Source of the DNA: Minisyncoccia bacterium
GTDB lineage: Bacteria > Patescibacteriota > Minisyncoccia > Phycocordibacterales > UBA9973
NCBI GenBank assembly: GCA_049287045.1
Contig: JBAQFC010000009.1
Location: forward strand, 946 to 64,945
Direction: 5' to 3'
DNA: 64,000 bases
The position numbers and the translations under genes are program-made. Shown here in pieces: positions 56,289 to 64,000 of the stretch. Numbering within the stretch: position 1 is the first letter of the stretch; each line of letters begins with the position of its first letter. Under the pieces are notes generated by a model. The model was not told the origin of the DNA and ran no database searches. It saw nothing but the letters and a program-made list of their open reading frames with translations.

Positions 56289-57901
56289 AATGCCTTGAGA
56301 CCAATGTTGAGAACCTGCTCACCTTCTATAGTACCTGAGACTATTTCAACATTACCTTTTTGATCTTGAATACCGAGAGTCACTGGATTTTGTTTTATTT
56401 TACCATTATCAATGGTCTCAATAAATGTGCCTAAGTCATTTTGTAATATTGCATACTGGGGTAAAATTAGTACTTGGTCTTTAAAGTTTGTCTCTATATT
56501 TATATTGGCAGTAAGTCCACTTTTAAGTCTAGCATCAGGTTTACTAAAAGATATTTTTATTTGATAAGTAATCACTCCTTGTGTGTTTGTCTGAGCAGGA
56601 GCTATATAAAATACTGATCCTAAAAATGTTTCATTTGGGAAAGCATCGAGGGTCATAGAAACTTTATCTCCAACTGAAATTTTTCCGACGTCTATTTCAG
56701 AAACACCTGCATCTACTTCATAACCATCACTAGACATTATAGAAACAAGAGGCGTACTTGGAGATGCGAGTTGACCTATCTTTGCATCAAATTGTGTAAC
56801 AGTACCACTGATAGGAGCAAGAATCTGAGCGTTTTGAATCTTGGCAATTGCACTCTCGACACTTGCACGCGCTTGTTCGACTTGTGCCTGTTGTACAGCG
56901 ACATTTGCTTGTGCTTGTTCTACTTGTGCTTGTTGAGCAGAAATATCTGTAGGAAGAGCTCCGGCGAGCGTTAAATCTAGTTCAGCTTGTTTTTGTGCGA
57001 CAGTAGCTTCACCTTGAGAAACTGCAGTACTCTGTGCTGTTAAGGTATTATTATAAAGATTTAAATTAGTAATATAATTACTTGCTTGTGTGTTTGGTAT
57101 TGGAATACTCCATACTGCCCAAGAACTAGCAGTAAAACCTGATGGGAAAGAAACATAAAGACCACTATTACCAAGAGGAACTGAATTTGTTGTTACAGGT
57201 CCTGATGCAGAAAAAAGACCAGTAACATTAAAATATTCACCGTTTCCTGTTTCATATGTACTCATCAAAGCCATACCTTCTTGTGTCCCTAAATAAACTC
57301 CTGAGATGGTCGGCGCAGTTACTGTAGAAGTTGAGTCTGTATTTGTAGTTATGTATGCACCAAGTGTCGAATTCAAAAGTGCACGATGAGCATTTGCGAC
57401 GAGCATTGCTTGTTGAGTTTTTGTATTCTCTAGATCAGTTTTAGCATTATTAAGGGAAACCTCTGCGAGAGTAATATCTTCAGGTCTTGATCCAGCTTTT
57501 AATCCTTCAAGTTTTGCTTGCTGAGTTGTAACATTGGCTTCTGTTTGGTTAAGTTGAGCTAGTTGTGCAGTGACATTGGCTTGTGCCTGATGAAGTTGAG
57601 CCAAGAGATCATTTGTGTTTAATTCTACCAATACTTGTCCGACATGCACTTTATTTCCAAGAGCCGAATATATATGGGAAATAGTACCGCTTGTACCCAG
57701 TGTAAGTGAAACACTTTGTGAAGGTGTGGTATTACCAGTAAGTGAAACTATTTCAGTGACAGAACCACGTTGAACAGTGATAAATTGGTATGTTGGAGTA
57801 CGATGAAAAAAGATAAAATAAATACCTACACATACAGCCAGTATACCTATCACACTAAATATGATTTTGTACTTTTTAATAATCGAATGGATTAATTTCA
57901 T
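56285..57901 (-). CDS. HlyD/MacA-family periplasmic adaptor (membrane fusion protein) with long coiled coil
   Basis: N-terminal TM, extended Gln/Ala-rich coiled coil, beta-barrel/lipoyl-like ends. Confidence 0.7.
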   Translation of the reverse strand: MKLIHSIIKKYKIIFSVIGILAVCVGIYFIFFHRTPTYQFITVQRGSVTEIVSLTGNTTPSQSVSLTLGTSGTISHIYSALGNKVHVGQVLVELNTNDLLAQLHQAQANVTAQLAQLNQTEANVTTQQAKLEGLKAGSRPEDITLAEVSLNNAKTDLENTKTQQAMLVANAHRALLNSTLGAYITTNTDSTSTVTAPTISGVYLGTQEGMALMSTYETGNGEYFNVTGLFSASGPVTTNSVPLGNSGLYVSFPSGFTASSWAVWSIPIPNTQASNYITNLNLYNNTLTAQSTAVSQGEATVAQKQAELDLTLAGALPTDISAQQAQVEQAQANVAVQQAQVEQARASVESAIAKIQNAQILAPISGTVTQFDAKIGQLASPSTPLVSIMSSDGYEVDAGVSEIDVGKISVGDKVSMTLDAFPNETFLGSVFYIAPAQTNTQGVITYQIKISFSKPDARLKSGLTANINIETNFKDQVLILPQYAILQNDLGTFIETIDNGKIKQNPVTLGIQDQKGNVEIVSGTIEGEQVLNIGLKAL

Positions 57902-57906
57902 AAAAT

Positions 57907-57915
57907 TATTATATC
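57907..57915 (-). promoter_or_regulatory. Extended -10 (TGTGATATAAT) 6 nt upstream of adaptor gene ATG
   Basis: minus strand ctgTGATATAATaatttt ATG. Confidence 0.4.
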
Positions 57916-57947
57916 ACAGTAATATACTAGGCTCGAATAAATTTTGA

Positions 57948-57984
57948 ATAAAAAAAAGGAGATAACTTATAAAGTTATCTCCTG
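57948..57984 (-). terminator. Terminator between small ORF and exporter operon
   Basis: ggagataacttataaagttatctcc + T8 on minus. Confidence 0.65.
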
Positions 57985-58269
57985 TCAGATTGATTTGATG
58001 ACTGACCAAAAACAGAGTAAAAAAAAGAAAAAAAATCCAATAATTGATATTACCAACCCAAAGACACATTTTGTGCCATTATGTGGTGCGTAACCCAGAT
58101 GACGAGTGTGTAAATTTGTAAATTTACCAAACATCCATACAGATTGTTTCCATACCCATTTAGTTTGGATTATAATGTTTTTGATTAAACGTTCGATGAA
58201 TCCTACACCGTAACGAAAGTAGTGAGTAAAGCCCTTACTACTACCTTTTTTTGAAGAACTTGCGCTCAT
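57985..58269 (-). CDS. Small Trp/Lys/His-rich protein with C-terminal hydrophobic helix
   Basis: 94 aa; ...WVWKQSVWMFGKF...VFGLVISIIGFFFFFLLCFW. Confidence 0.35.
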   Translation of the reverse strand: MSASSSKKGSSKGFTHYFRYGVGFIERLIKNIIIQTKWVWKQSVWMFGKFTNLHTRHLGYAPHNGTKCVFGLVISIIGFFFFFLLCFWSVIKSI

Positions 58270-58540
58270 GTCTTTTGTTATTAGTGAATATTTAAATGAA
58301 TTACTTTTATCTCCAAAATTTGAAAAGCAAAGTAATTCATTTAAATAATATAAAAATACAAAAGATTACTAAAAAAGTATAGCATATATATGCTAAAAAG
58401 TCAATACAAATAGGTATATGCATATAATATAAGGCCTGATTTGGACAATACCTAAATACCAGGTATTGTCTTTTTATTTCTTTTAAATGGTATAATTTGT
58501 CTAGATAGAATATTCTATTGAACCTTAATAATTAAATAAA

Positions 58541-59701
58541 GTGAAGACACAAAAAGAAATAGATGATTTTATTAAGAATAATTATCATCTAAGTTATCCA
58601 GTATTAGCGGATAAAACTGGATTATCTAAAGGAAAAGTAAAAGATATTTATCGAAGATTGAAATTACCTCCAAAGACCATAAATAAAAAGAAACTTACTG
58701 AGGAGCAAATTCAAGAAGATATAAAATCTTATTTTTCTAAAGTTGAGAAAATCTCAACGGACAAAAAATACAAATTCCTTATTGCTAAAAACGAAAAGTT
58801 AACTAAAGATTTAGATGCTGCCTTAGAGATTAAACACAATATTCATCCTCATGAAATTGTACAGAAAGTTATCACAGGTAACACAGAAGCTACAGCCGTT
58901 GTTTTGGCTTCTGATTGGCATATTGAAGAAAGAGTCATTAGTGAGAGAGTAAATGGACTTAATGAATACAGTATACCGATTGCCCGCCAGCGTTGTTATG
59001 AGTTTTTTCAAAACACATTAAGACTTGTAGAAAAAGAAAGACACGCAGTAAAAATTGATACTTTGGTTTTAGCTTTATTGGGTGATTTTATTTCCGGTAA
59101 TATTCACGATGAATTATTGGAAAACTGCAGTCTTCAACCGATTGATGCAATGATTGAAGCTCAAAATATTATTGTTTCTGGAATTGAATTTTTACTTAAG
59201 AACTCTGATTTAAAATTAGTAATTCCCTGCCATGTCGGCAACCATCCTCGTATTACAAAAAAGGTACACATCTCAACAGAGAATGGTAATAACCTCGAGA
59301 CCTTCATGTATCACAGCATGAAGAACTATTTTAAAGATAACAAGAGAGTTAAATTCTTAATTTCAGCAAGTTATCATAGTTATTTAAAAATCTATGATTT
59401 CACAATCCGTTTTCATCATGGTCACCAAATGCAATATGGTGGTGGTGTTGGTGGTATCTTCATTCCTGCTTTCAAAGCAATTTCTCAATGGAACAAAGCA
59501 CACCGGGCAGACTTAGACTGTTTTGGACATTTCCATAACAGGAAAGATGGTGGAAACTTTATTTTAAATGGTTCAATCATTGGACACTCTGCTTATGCTA
59601 TCAGCATAAAATGTGATTATGAAAAACCAATGCAAACTTTCTTCTTGGTAGACAAAAAAAGAGGAAAAACGATGGTAACACCCATCTGTTTTAAAATATA
59701 A
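58541..59701 (+). CDS. HTH-containing calcineurin-like metallophosphoesterase
   Basis: N-terminal LSYPVLADKTGLSKGKVKDIYRRL (HTH-like); MPP motifs VVLASDWH, ALLGDFISGN, CHVGNHP, RFHHGHQ, DCFGHFH; GTG start. Confidence 0.6.
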   Translation: MKTQKEIDDFIKNNYHLSYPVLADKTGLSKGKVKDIYRRLKLPPKTINKKKLTEEQIQEDIKSYFSKVEKISTDKKYKFLIAKNEKLTKDLDAALEIKHNIHPHEIVQKVITGNTEATAVVLASDWHIEERVISERVNGLNEYSIPIARQRCYEFFQNTLRLVEKERHAVKIDTLVLALLGDFISGNIHDELLENCSLQPIDAMIEAQNIIVSGIEFLLKNSDLKLVIPCHVGNHPRITKKVHISTENGNNLETFMYHSMKNYFKDNKRVKFLISASYHSYLKIYDFTIRFHHGHQMQYGGGVGGIFIPAFKAISQWNKAHRADLDCFGHFHNRKDGGNFILNGSIIGHSAYAISIKCDYEKPMQTFFLVDKKRGKTMVTPICFKI

Positions 59702-59702
59702 T

Positions 59703-59738
59703 TTTAAAACTCTATTCATTATGAATAGAGTTTTTTAT
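59703..59738 (+). terminator. Terminator
   Basis: aaaactctattcattatgaatagagtttttt. Confidence 0.7.
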
Positions 59739-59774
59739 TTCTTAATTATTCTATTTATATATTTAAATTTTTTA

Positions 59775-59810
59775 TAAAAAAAAATCGCCTCATTTTTAAA
59801 TGAAGCGATG
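59775..59810 (-). terminator. Terminator
   Basis: atcgcctcatttttaaatgaagcgat with T-run on minus. Confidence 0.6.
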
Positions 59811-59860
59811 TTGATATGCATTTTTACAAGAAGGTAGCATATTCATTACCCTTTTGACTT

Positions 59861-60412
59861 TTATATTTTTATTGCTAGTCCAGCAATTAATCTTTTCGCC
59901 TTTGATTCTATATCGTAGGCTGGTGATAACCAGATTGTTACATTACTCTTTTTCGGAGTGTAACTAACAATCGGCCCTACTCCGTGAAATCTCCACGCGA
60001 TAGCACCCAGTGTAAGATGGTCAGAGGTTTTATAGGCTAATACTGTTTTATACCAGTAATTGTCTTTTCCACTCCCTTGTTCACCAAGAATAAGTAAGGA
60101 TGTTTTTCCTTTGCCAATCCAGATGCTTCCACCGAAGCGTAAGATTGCTGGGTTGTGTTCAACTCCAGCACTTAATCCAAGTTCCAACCAACTCTTTGGA
60201 GCGTATGAAAACCCGATTAGTCCTTCTGACCATTGCTCTTCAATCAGAGCAAAATAGGTCAAATTAAATTTTTCGGATATTTTCTTTGTTCCAAAAATAT
60301 TGATATCTGGTTCAACTTTACCGTCGAGGGTATAGCGACCAAAAATTTCAACTTGTGAATGAGCAACAACTGCAGTAAAACTGCAAATTAAAACCATAAT
60401 TAACTTTTTCAT
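59861..60412 (-). CDS. Secreted beta-rich protein (signal peptide; alternating-hydrophobic strands, possible beta-barrel)
   Basis: MKKLIMVLICSFTAVVAHSQ signal; amphipathic beta pattern, C-terminal ...GLAIKI. Confidence 0.4.
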   Translation of the reverse strand: MKKLIMVLICSFTAVVAHSQVEIFGRYTLDGKVEPDINIFGTKKISEKFNLTYFALIEEQWSEGLIGFSYAPKSWLELGLSAGVEHNPAILRFGGSIWIGKGKTSLLILGEQGSGKDNYWYKTVLAYKTSDHLTLGAIAWRFHGVGPIVSYTPKKSNVTIWLSPAYDIESKAKRLIAGLAIKI

Positions 60413-60698
60413 ATCTGTGTTTTTAATTGTTTATATATAGGATTTTCTAAACCTCCCAACCAGAGAAACTTAGAAAATCCTATATTTTTCAACCAAAAAC
60501 TAAATATCAAATAGCTTATTACTAGGTAAGTATAGCATTTTAAACATATTTTGTCAAGTCCATCTCTAATACATTCAAAAAAGGGATATTTTCATGTTTA
60601 TATTGACTTTTCAAAAATATATTATATTATTCACACAGGAATTACTGCACACATATTCGACCCGAAATTCATAAATTGAACCTTAAAAAATTAAAAAC

Positions 60699-60959
60699 AT
60701 GCAACCACTAACTCCAGAAGAAATAGTAACCTTAAAATCTCAAGGTCTTAAGGAAGATATCCGTAACCAACTCTATAACGCCAAGAACATGGCGTGCGAT
60801 TTAGAAAATTGGGAAAAGGAAAAAGATTCAAAAATTAAAGAAATATTGTTTAGACGTCTCAAAAGAAATGCTATGCAATTAGAAAAAAACGTAGATCATA
60901 TTTGTAATTCACTTGATTATTTTGATTGCATTGAAAAACCAAAAGAGACCAGCACATAA
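60699..60959 (+). CDS. Hypothetical protein
   Basis: ORF 86 aa with terminator overlapping stop. Confidence 0.35.
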   Translation: MQPLTPEEIVTLKSQGLKEDIRNQLYNAKNMACDLENWEKEKDSKIKEILFRRLKRNAMQLEKNVDHICNSLDYFDCIEKPKETST

Positions 60960-61076
60960 GCTGGTTTTTTTATTTTCAGATAAGATTATTTACAAAATAT
61001 TAATTTCATGATATTGTACGAAAGAATAAATTTCAGATTACTAACGGAGCCATTGGTTCATTAATAAATTAACATT

Positions 61077-61559
61077 ATGCGAAAAGCAACCATTTTCTTT
61101 CCTATGGAAGACATTAGCGAATACATTCATTGTATTTTTGAAGGAGAAAAAAGTCTTATTCTTAAATCCTTACCCCATGCAGATATACAACATGTCGGTG
61201 GCACATCCATTTCTGGATCAATTACAAAAAAAGAATTGGACATCCAGATAAGAGTAGAGCCGGGTAAATTTGAAGAAACAATTTTGTTCTTTAAAAAAAG
61301 TTCTCACAAACCACACCACAAAGAACTATGGACTGAAACATTTTTTATTATGACTGGTGAAATAAATCGAATACCGATTGATTACATTATTACAGTTATT
61401 AATTCCAAAGAAGATCATTACTTCAAATCTCGTGATTATTTAAGAAACAACAAAGAAGCCTTAAATAAATACAATAACTTAAAGCTCTTGTACGCTGGCA
61501 AACCTTACAATGATTACCGGAAAGCAAAACAAAAATTTTTTTGTGAAATGGAAAAATAA
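61077..61559 (+). CDS. GrpB family protein (UPF0157, nucleotidyltransferase-like)
   Basis: IQHVGGTSISGSITKKELDIQI matches GrpB ieHIGSTsvpGl.AKpiiDi. Confidence 0.55.
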   Translation: MRKATIFFPMEDISEYIHCIFEGEKSLILKSLPHADIQHVGGTSISGSITKKELDIQIRVEPGKFEETILFFKKSSHKPHHKELWTETFFIMTGEINRIPIDYIITVINSKEDHYFKSRDYLRNNKEALNKYNNLKLLYAGKPYNDYRKAKQKFFCEMEK

Positions 61560-61567
61560 AATCTTAA

Positions 61568-61597
61568 TCAAAGACTCTCAAAAAGAGTCTTTTTTAT
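61568..61597 (+). terminator. Terminator
   Basis: aagactctcaaaaagagtcttttttat. Confidence 0.7.
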
Positions 61598-61690
61598 TTA
61601 CTAAACCTTGACAATTATTAACCATTATGTTAGTTTACAGACAAAGAACGTTGGCAATATTGCCGTAAATGCACATTAATAATTGAAAAC

Positions 61691-62911
61691 ATGAAAAGAA
61701 TAAGTTTATTCCTGATTTACGCACTAATCCACACTCAGGCTGCGGCACAGTTCCGCAACAAAGAAACAAACAAAATTTGTTCGGAAATAAAAAATGGTAA
61801 GTTAGATGAAGCATCAAAAGCATTGTCAAAAACCAAGAAGCCAGAGTTAAGCAACAAAAGTTTAAAACCTTTTATTTCTTATTACTATTTGAAGTTTACT
61901 TTAAAAGAAAACGAAGATTTTTCACAGACTGAAGCACAAAATTCTTTGGATACAATTTTGGTTATCACTAATCTATTTAGTGCAATGCCCGAAAGAGGAT
62001 TATTTAACAGAAACACTAAAAATAAATTAGTGAGAGACTGTCCGTTGATTGATGTTAATGGTAAATGTTTTGTTAAGCTCGAAAAGTATTGGAATGATAC
62101 TCTCGCTCAACTTAAAAATGGACCTGTAAATAAAAACAAAATCAACGGTGGAGAAAAAAATAATTTAATTACTAAGGATGACCCAAAAAGGGACTCGATT
62201 TTAGTTGTTCTTAATCAAGCAAGAAGAGATTCTGAACAATATAAAATAATGCTTAAAGATTCTTTTAAAAAATCGACAATAAAAGCTACTGCCAAGGAGC
62301 TAAAAGAAAAAAAGTCACCAGCGGTAAATGATTCTGTTTTTGTTGATTTTGTAGTTCACAGTGTTGATTCTATAGAATTGGAAGTTTATTTTGTTTCTCA
62401 CGAATCTTTTGGACCAGATCAAACAATATCAGGCAAACATAAAATTGCTGAGTATTGCAATGAAAAAGTTAGTTCTTTGATTGAAAACGGGGTCTTCGAT
62501 ATAACAAGAAGATGGTTTAGTCTTTACAATAAAGACACCTTAAATATCTCAGCAACCATCATTGGTGAAGCTGACGATATTTGGGCCGACACAAGCAAAC
62601 TACAAACTTTTACAAATGATTGCTGTGGAATTGGATCAGAAATAGGTTTAAAAACCGGTGACAAGATCAACAATGAAACAATTGCAACATTAAGATCATT
62701 GAATGCAAAAACTTTCTTGAAGTCTGGTATTAAAAAAACTGAATCTTACTTGAAGAATAATTCAAAAAATAAAACTGGGTATGTTAGTATGAAATCCCCT
62801 GTTTTATACTCAAAGGATTGGATGAAAAATAAAAGTATTGATGAAGGACCGGAATTCAGAAAAGAAACAATCATATTAAAATGTGATTGTAGCGAAAAAG
62901 CTAAAACGTAA
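61691..62911 (+). CDS. Hypothetical secreted protein
   Basis: signal peptide MKRISLFLIYALIHTQAAAQ; 406 aa. Confidence 0.45.
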   Translation: MKRISLFLIYALIHTQAAAQFRNKETNKICSEIKNGKLDEASKALSKTKKPELSNKSLKPFISYYYLKFTLKENEDFSQTEAQNSLDTILVITNLFSAMPERGLFNRNTKNKLVRDCPLIDVNGKCFVKLEKYWNDTLAQLKNGPVNKNKINGGEKNNLITKDDPKRDSILVVLNQARRDSEQYKIMLKDSFKKSTIKATAKELKEKKSPAVNDSVFVDFVVHSVDSIELEVYFVSHESFGPDQTISGKHKIAEYCNEKVSSLIENGVFDITRRWFSLYNKDTLNISATIIGEADDIWADTSKLQTFTNDCCGIGSEIGLKTGDKINNETIATLRSLNAKTFLKSGIKKTESYLKNNSKNKTGYVSMKSPVLYSKDWMKNKSIDEGPEFRKETIILKCDCSEKAKT

Positions 62912-62957
62912 AAAAAACTTTACGTTTAAAGCCCCACAAATTGTGGGGCTTTTTATT
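62903..62957 (+). terminator. Tandem hairpins / terminator
   Basis: aaacgtaaaaaaaactttacgttt and aagccccacaaattgtggggcttttt. Confidence 0.65.
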
Positions 62958-62985
62958 TTAGACAAGGAGTATTAAAAAATTTAAT

Positions 62986-63780
62986 CTAAGCACCAAAGGT
63001 CATAAAATTTGAACTTTCATATTTTTTAACTGCTCTTTTAAATAACCAAAAAGAAAAAAAGAGCCAAAAAATTGAAATGATTCCAACTAAAGCAACCTTT
63101 CCATATGACAAATGAGACACAGCCTCAACAGGAAGTGTACCAATAACGAGTGACGGTATAATGAAGGTAAAGAAAAAACGCGTTGGTCCTTGAAATGCAC
63201 CACCGTGAAAAAGTGACGGTGAAAAAAATAATTCAAAAATACTTCTTGTAACAGAATCAGGGTCAGTAAAATAAAAACTTATTGATTGTATTGATATAGT
63301 TACACCAATAAAAGCAAAAACAGAAAAAATAGTGAGAAGTAAGGTTAAAAGTATCTGTGGTATACCTGCACTAATCATCACAAGATAAACAATTAAACAA
63401 ATAATACCAAAAAATACATCACCGATAGCAGAAGCTGAAAATGAAGAAGTCGCTGTTCTTACCAATAAACTCTTTGGTGACAACAAGAATTGATCAAAAA
63501 TACCAGAACTAACCAGACGAGGAATATCTTTAAGGCCAGCACCAAAGGAAAACACAAAACCATAAACAAGTGCAACAAAACCTTGAAGACCAAATACATC
63601 GGCAGATGTCCATCCACCTATATCACCTGCTGTTTGAACAAGAAAAACCCATATAATAACGAACGAGATATTATTTATGGTCATACCAAAAATATTCATC
63701 AAAAAACTAGTGCGAAGTTCAGCACTACCAGCGAGATTCTTTTTTATTGCATATAAAGCAAAATTAATTTCTTTTTTCAT
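62986..63780 (-). CDS. ABC-2 type transporter permease-like membrane protein
   Basis: 6 TM; 264 aa; adjacent to another polytopic membrane ORF. Confidence 0.45.
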   Translation of the reverse strand: MKKEINFALYAIKKNLAGSAELRTSFLMNIFGMTINNISFVIIWVFLVQTAGDIGGWTSADVFGLQGFVALVYGFVFSFGAGLKDIPRLVSSGIFDQFLLSPKSLLVRTATSSFSASAIGDVFFGIICLIVYLVMISAGIPQILLTLLLTIFSVFAFIGVTISIQSISFYFTDPDSVTRSIFELFFSPSLFHGGAFQGPTRFFFTFIIPSLVIGTLPVEAVSHLSYGKVALVGIISIFWLFFSFWLFKRAVKKYESSNFMTFGA

Positions 63781-63783
63781 ATA

Positions 63784-64000
63784 TTAACCACCATTAACAG
63801 AAACTTTTTTGTGTGCTCTACTAAATATGTAAACAACAGACACTCCAAGTATAATAATCCAAAATAACTGTATGCCAAACATTTTCAGATATTCATATTT
63901 CCATGATTCATAAACAGTATGAGTGATAAATTGAGATGCACCAAATGGACTCCAGATTGCAACTTGATACATAGCTTTAGGAAAAAGAGCCACAGGTAGA
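63784..64000 (-). CDS. Membrane protein, C-terminal fragment (gene continues beyond window end)
   Basis: ORF open at window edge; hydrophobic. Confidence 0.3.
   Translation of the reverse strand, partial: LPVALFPKAMYQVAIWSPFGASQFITHTVYESWKYEYLKMFGIQLFWIIILGVSVVYIFSRAHKKVSVNGG

Overview
This window is AT-rich (roughly 30% GC) and gene-dense, with most genes on the minus strand. The content resembles a small-genome Patescibacteria/CPR-like bacterium; that assignment is inference from gene content only.

Housekeeping genes I can support from motifs: rpmA, rplI, a PBP2 transpeptidase, an S41 C-terminal protease, dnaX, dus, serS, dprA, glmS, topA, a single-protein Rel (RSH), parB, murA, miaA, msrB, peroxiredoxins (2-Cys Prx and Bcp), and a MacAB-like ABC exporter with a HlyD adaptor. 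RNA genes are tRNA-Gln(UUG) at 32051-32121, tRNA-Leu(CAA) at 45763-45846, a type-II tRNA-Ser-like gene at 53421-53505 whose anticodon reads ACU, and an atypical tRNA-like gene at 53626-53703.

Accessory content worth a second look:
- The window opens with a HicB/HicA pair followed by a tyrosine recombinase behind a strongly structured leader.
- 9.8-15.6 kb holds a membrane glycosylation-like module: GT2, a TMTC-like GT-C protein with TPR repeats, a fused membrane/spermidine-synthase protein, and a PLD.
- 16.4-18.5 kb encodes a 716-aa secreted protein built of tandem Cys-rich repeats.
- 23.5-30.2 kb is a cassette-like run of co-directional genes with no recognisable function. They are separated by a family of structured intergenic repeats, and the run ends at a nuclease/toxin islet (VapD/Cas2-like, PIN, GIY-YIG) beside tRNA-Gln. 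The tRNA 3' end is duplicated as an 18-bp direct repeat.
- Three copies of a GC-rich 19-27-bp perfect palindrome sit at 41.7-43.1 kb.
- Several genes carry a TGnTATAAT box about 6 nt upstream of the ATG, suggesting leaderless transcripts.

No CRISPR array was seen. All functional calls rest on motifs read by eye from the translations; no database searches were run.
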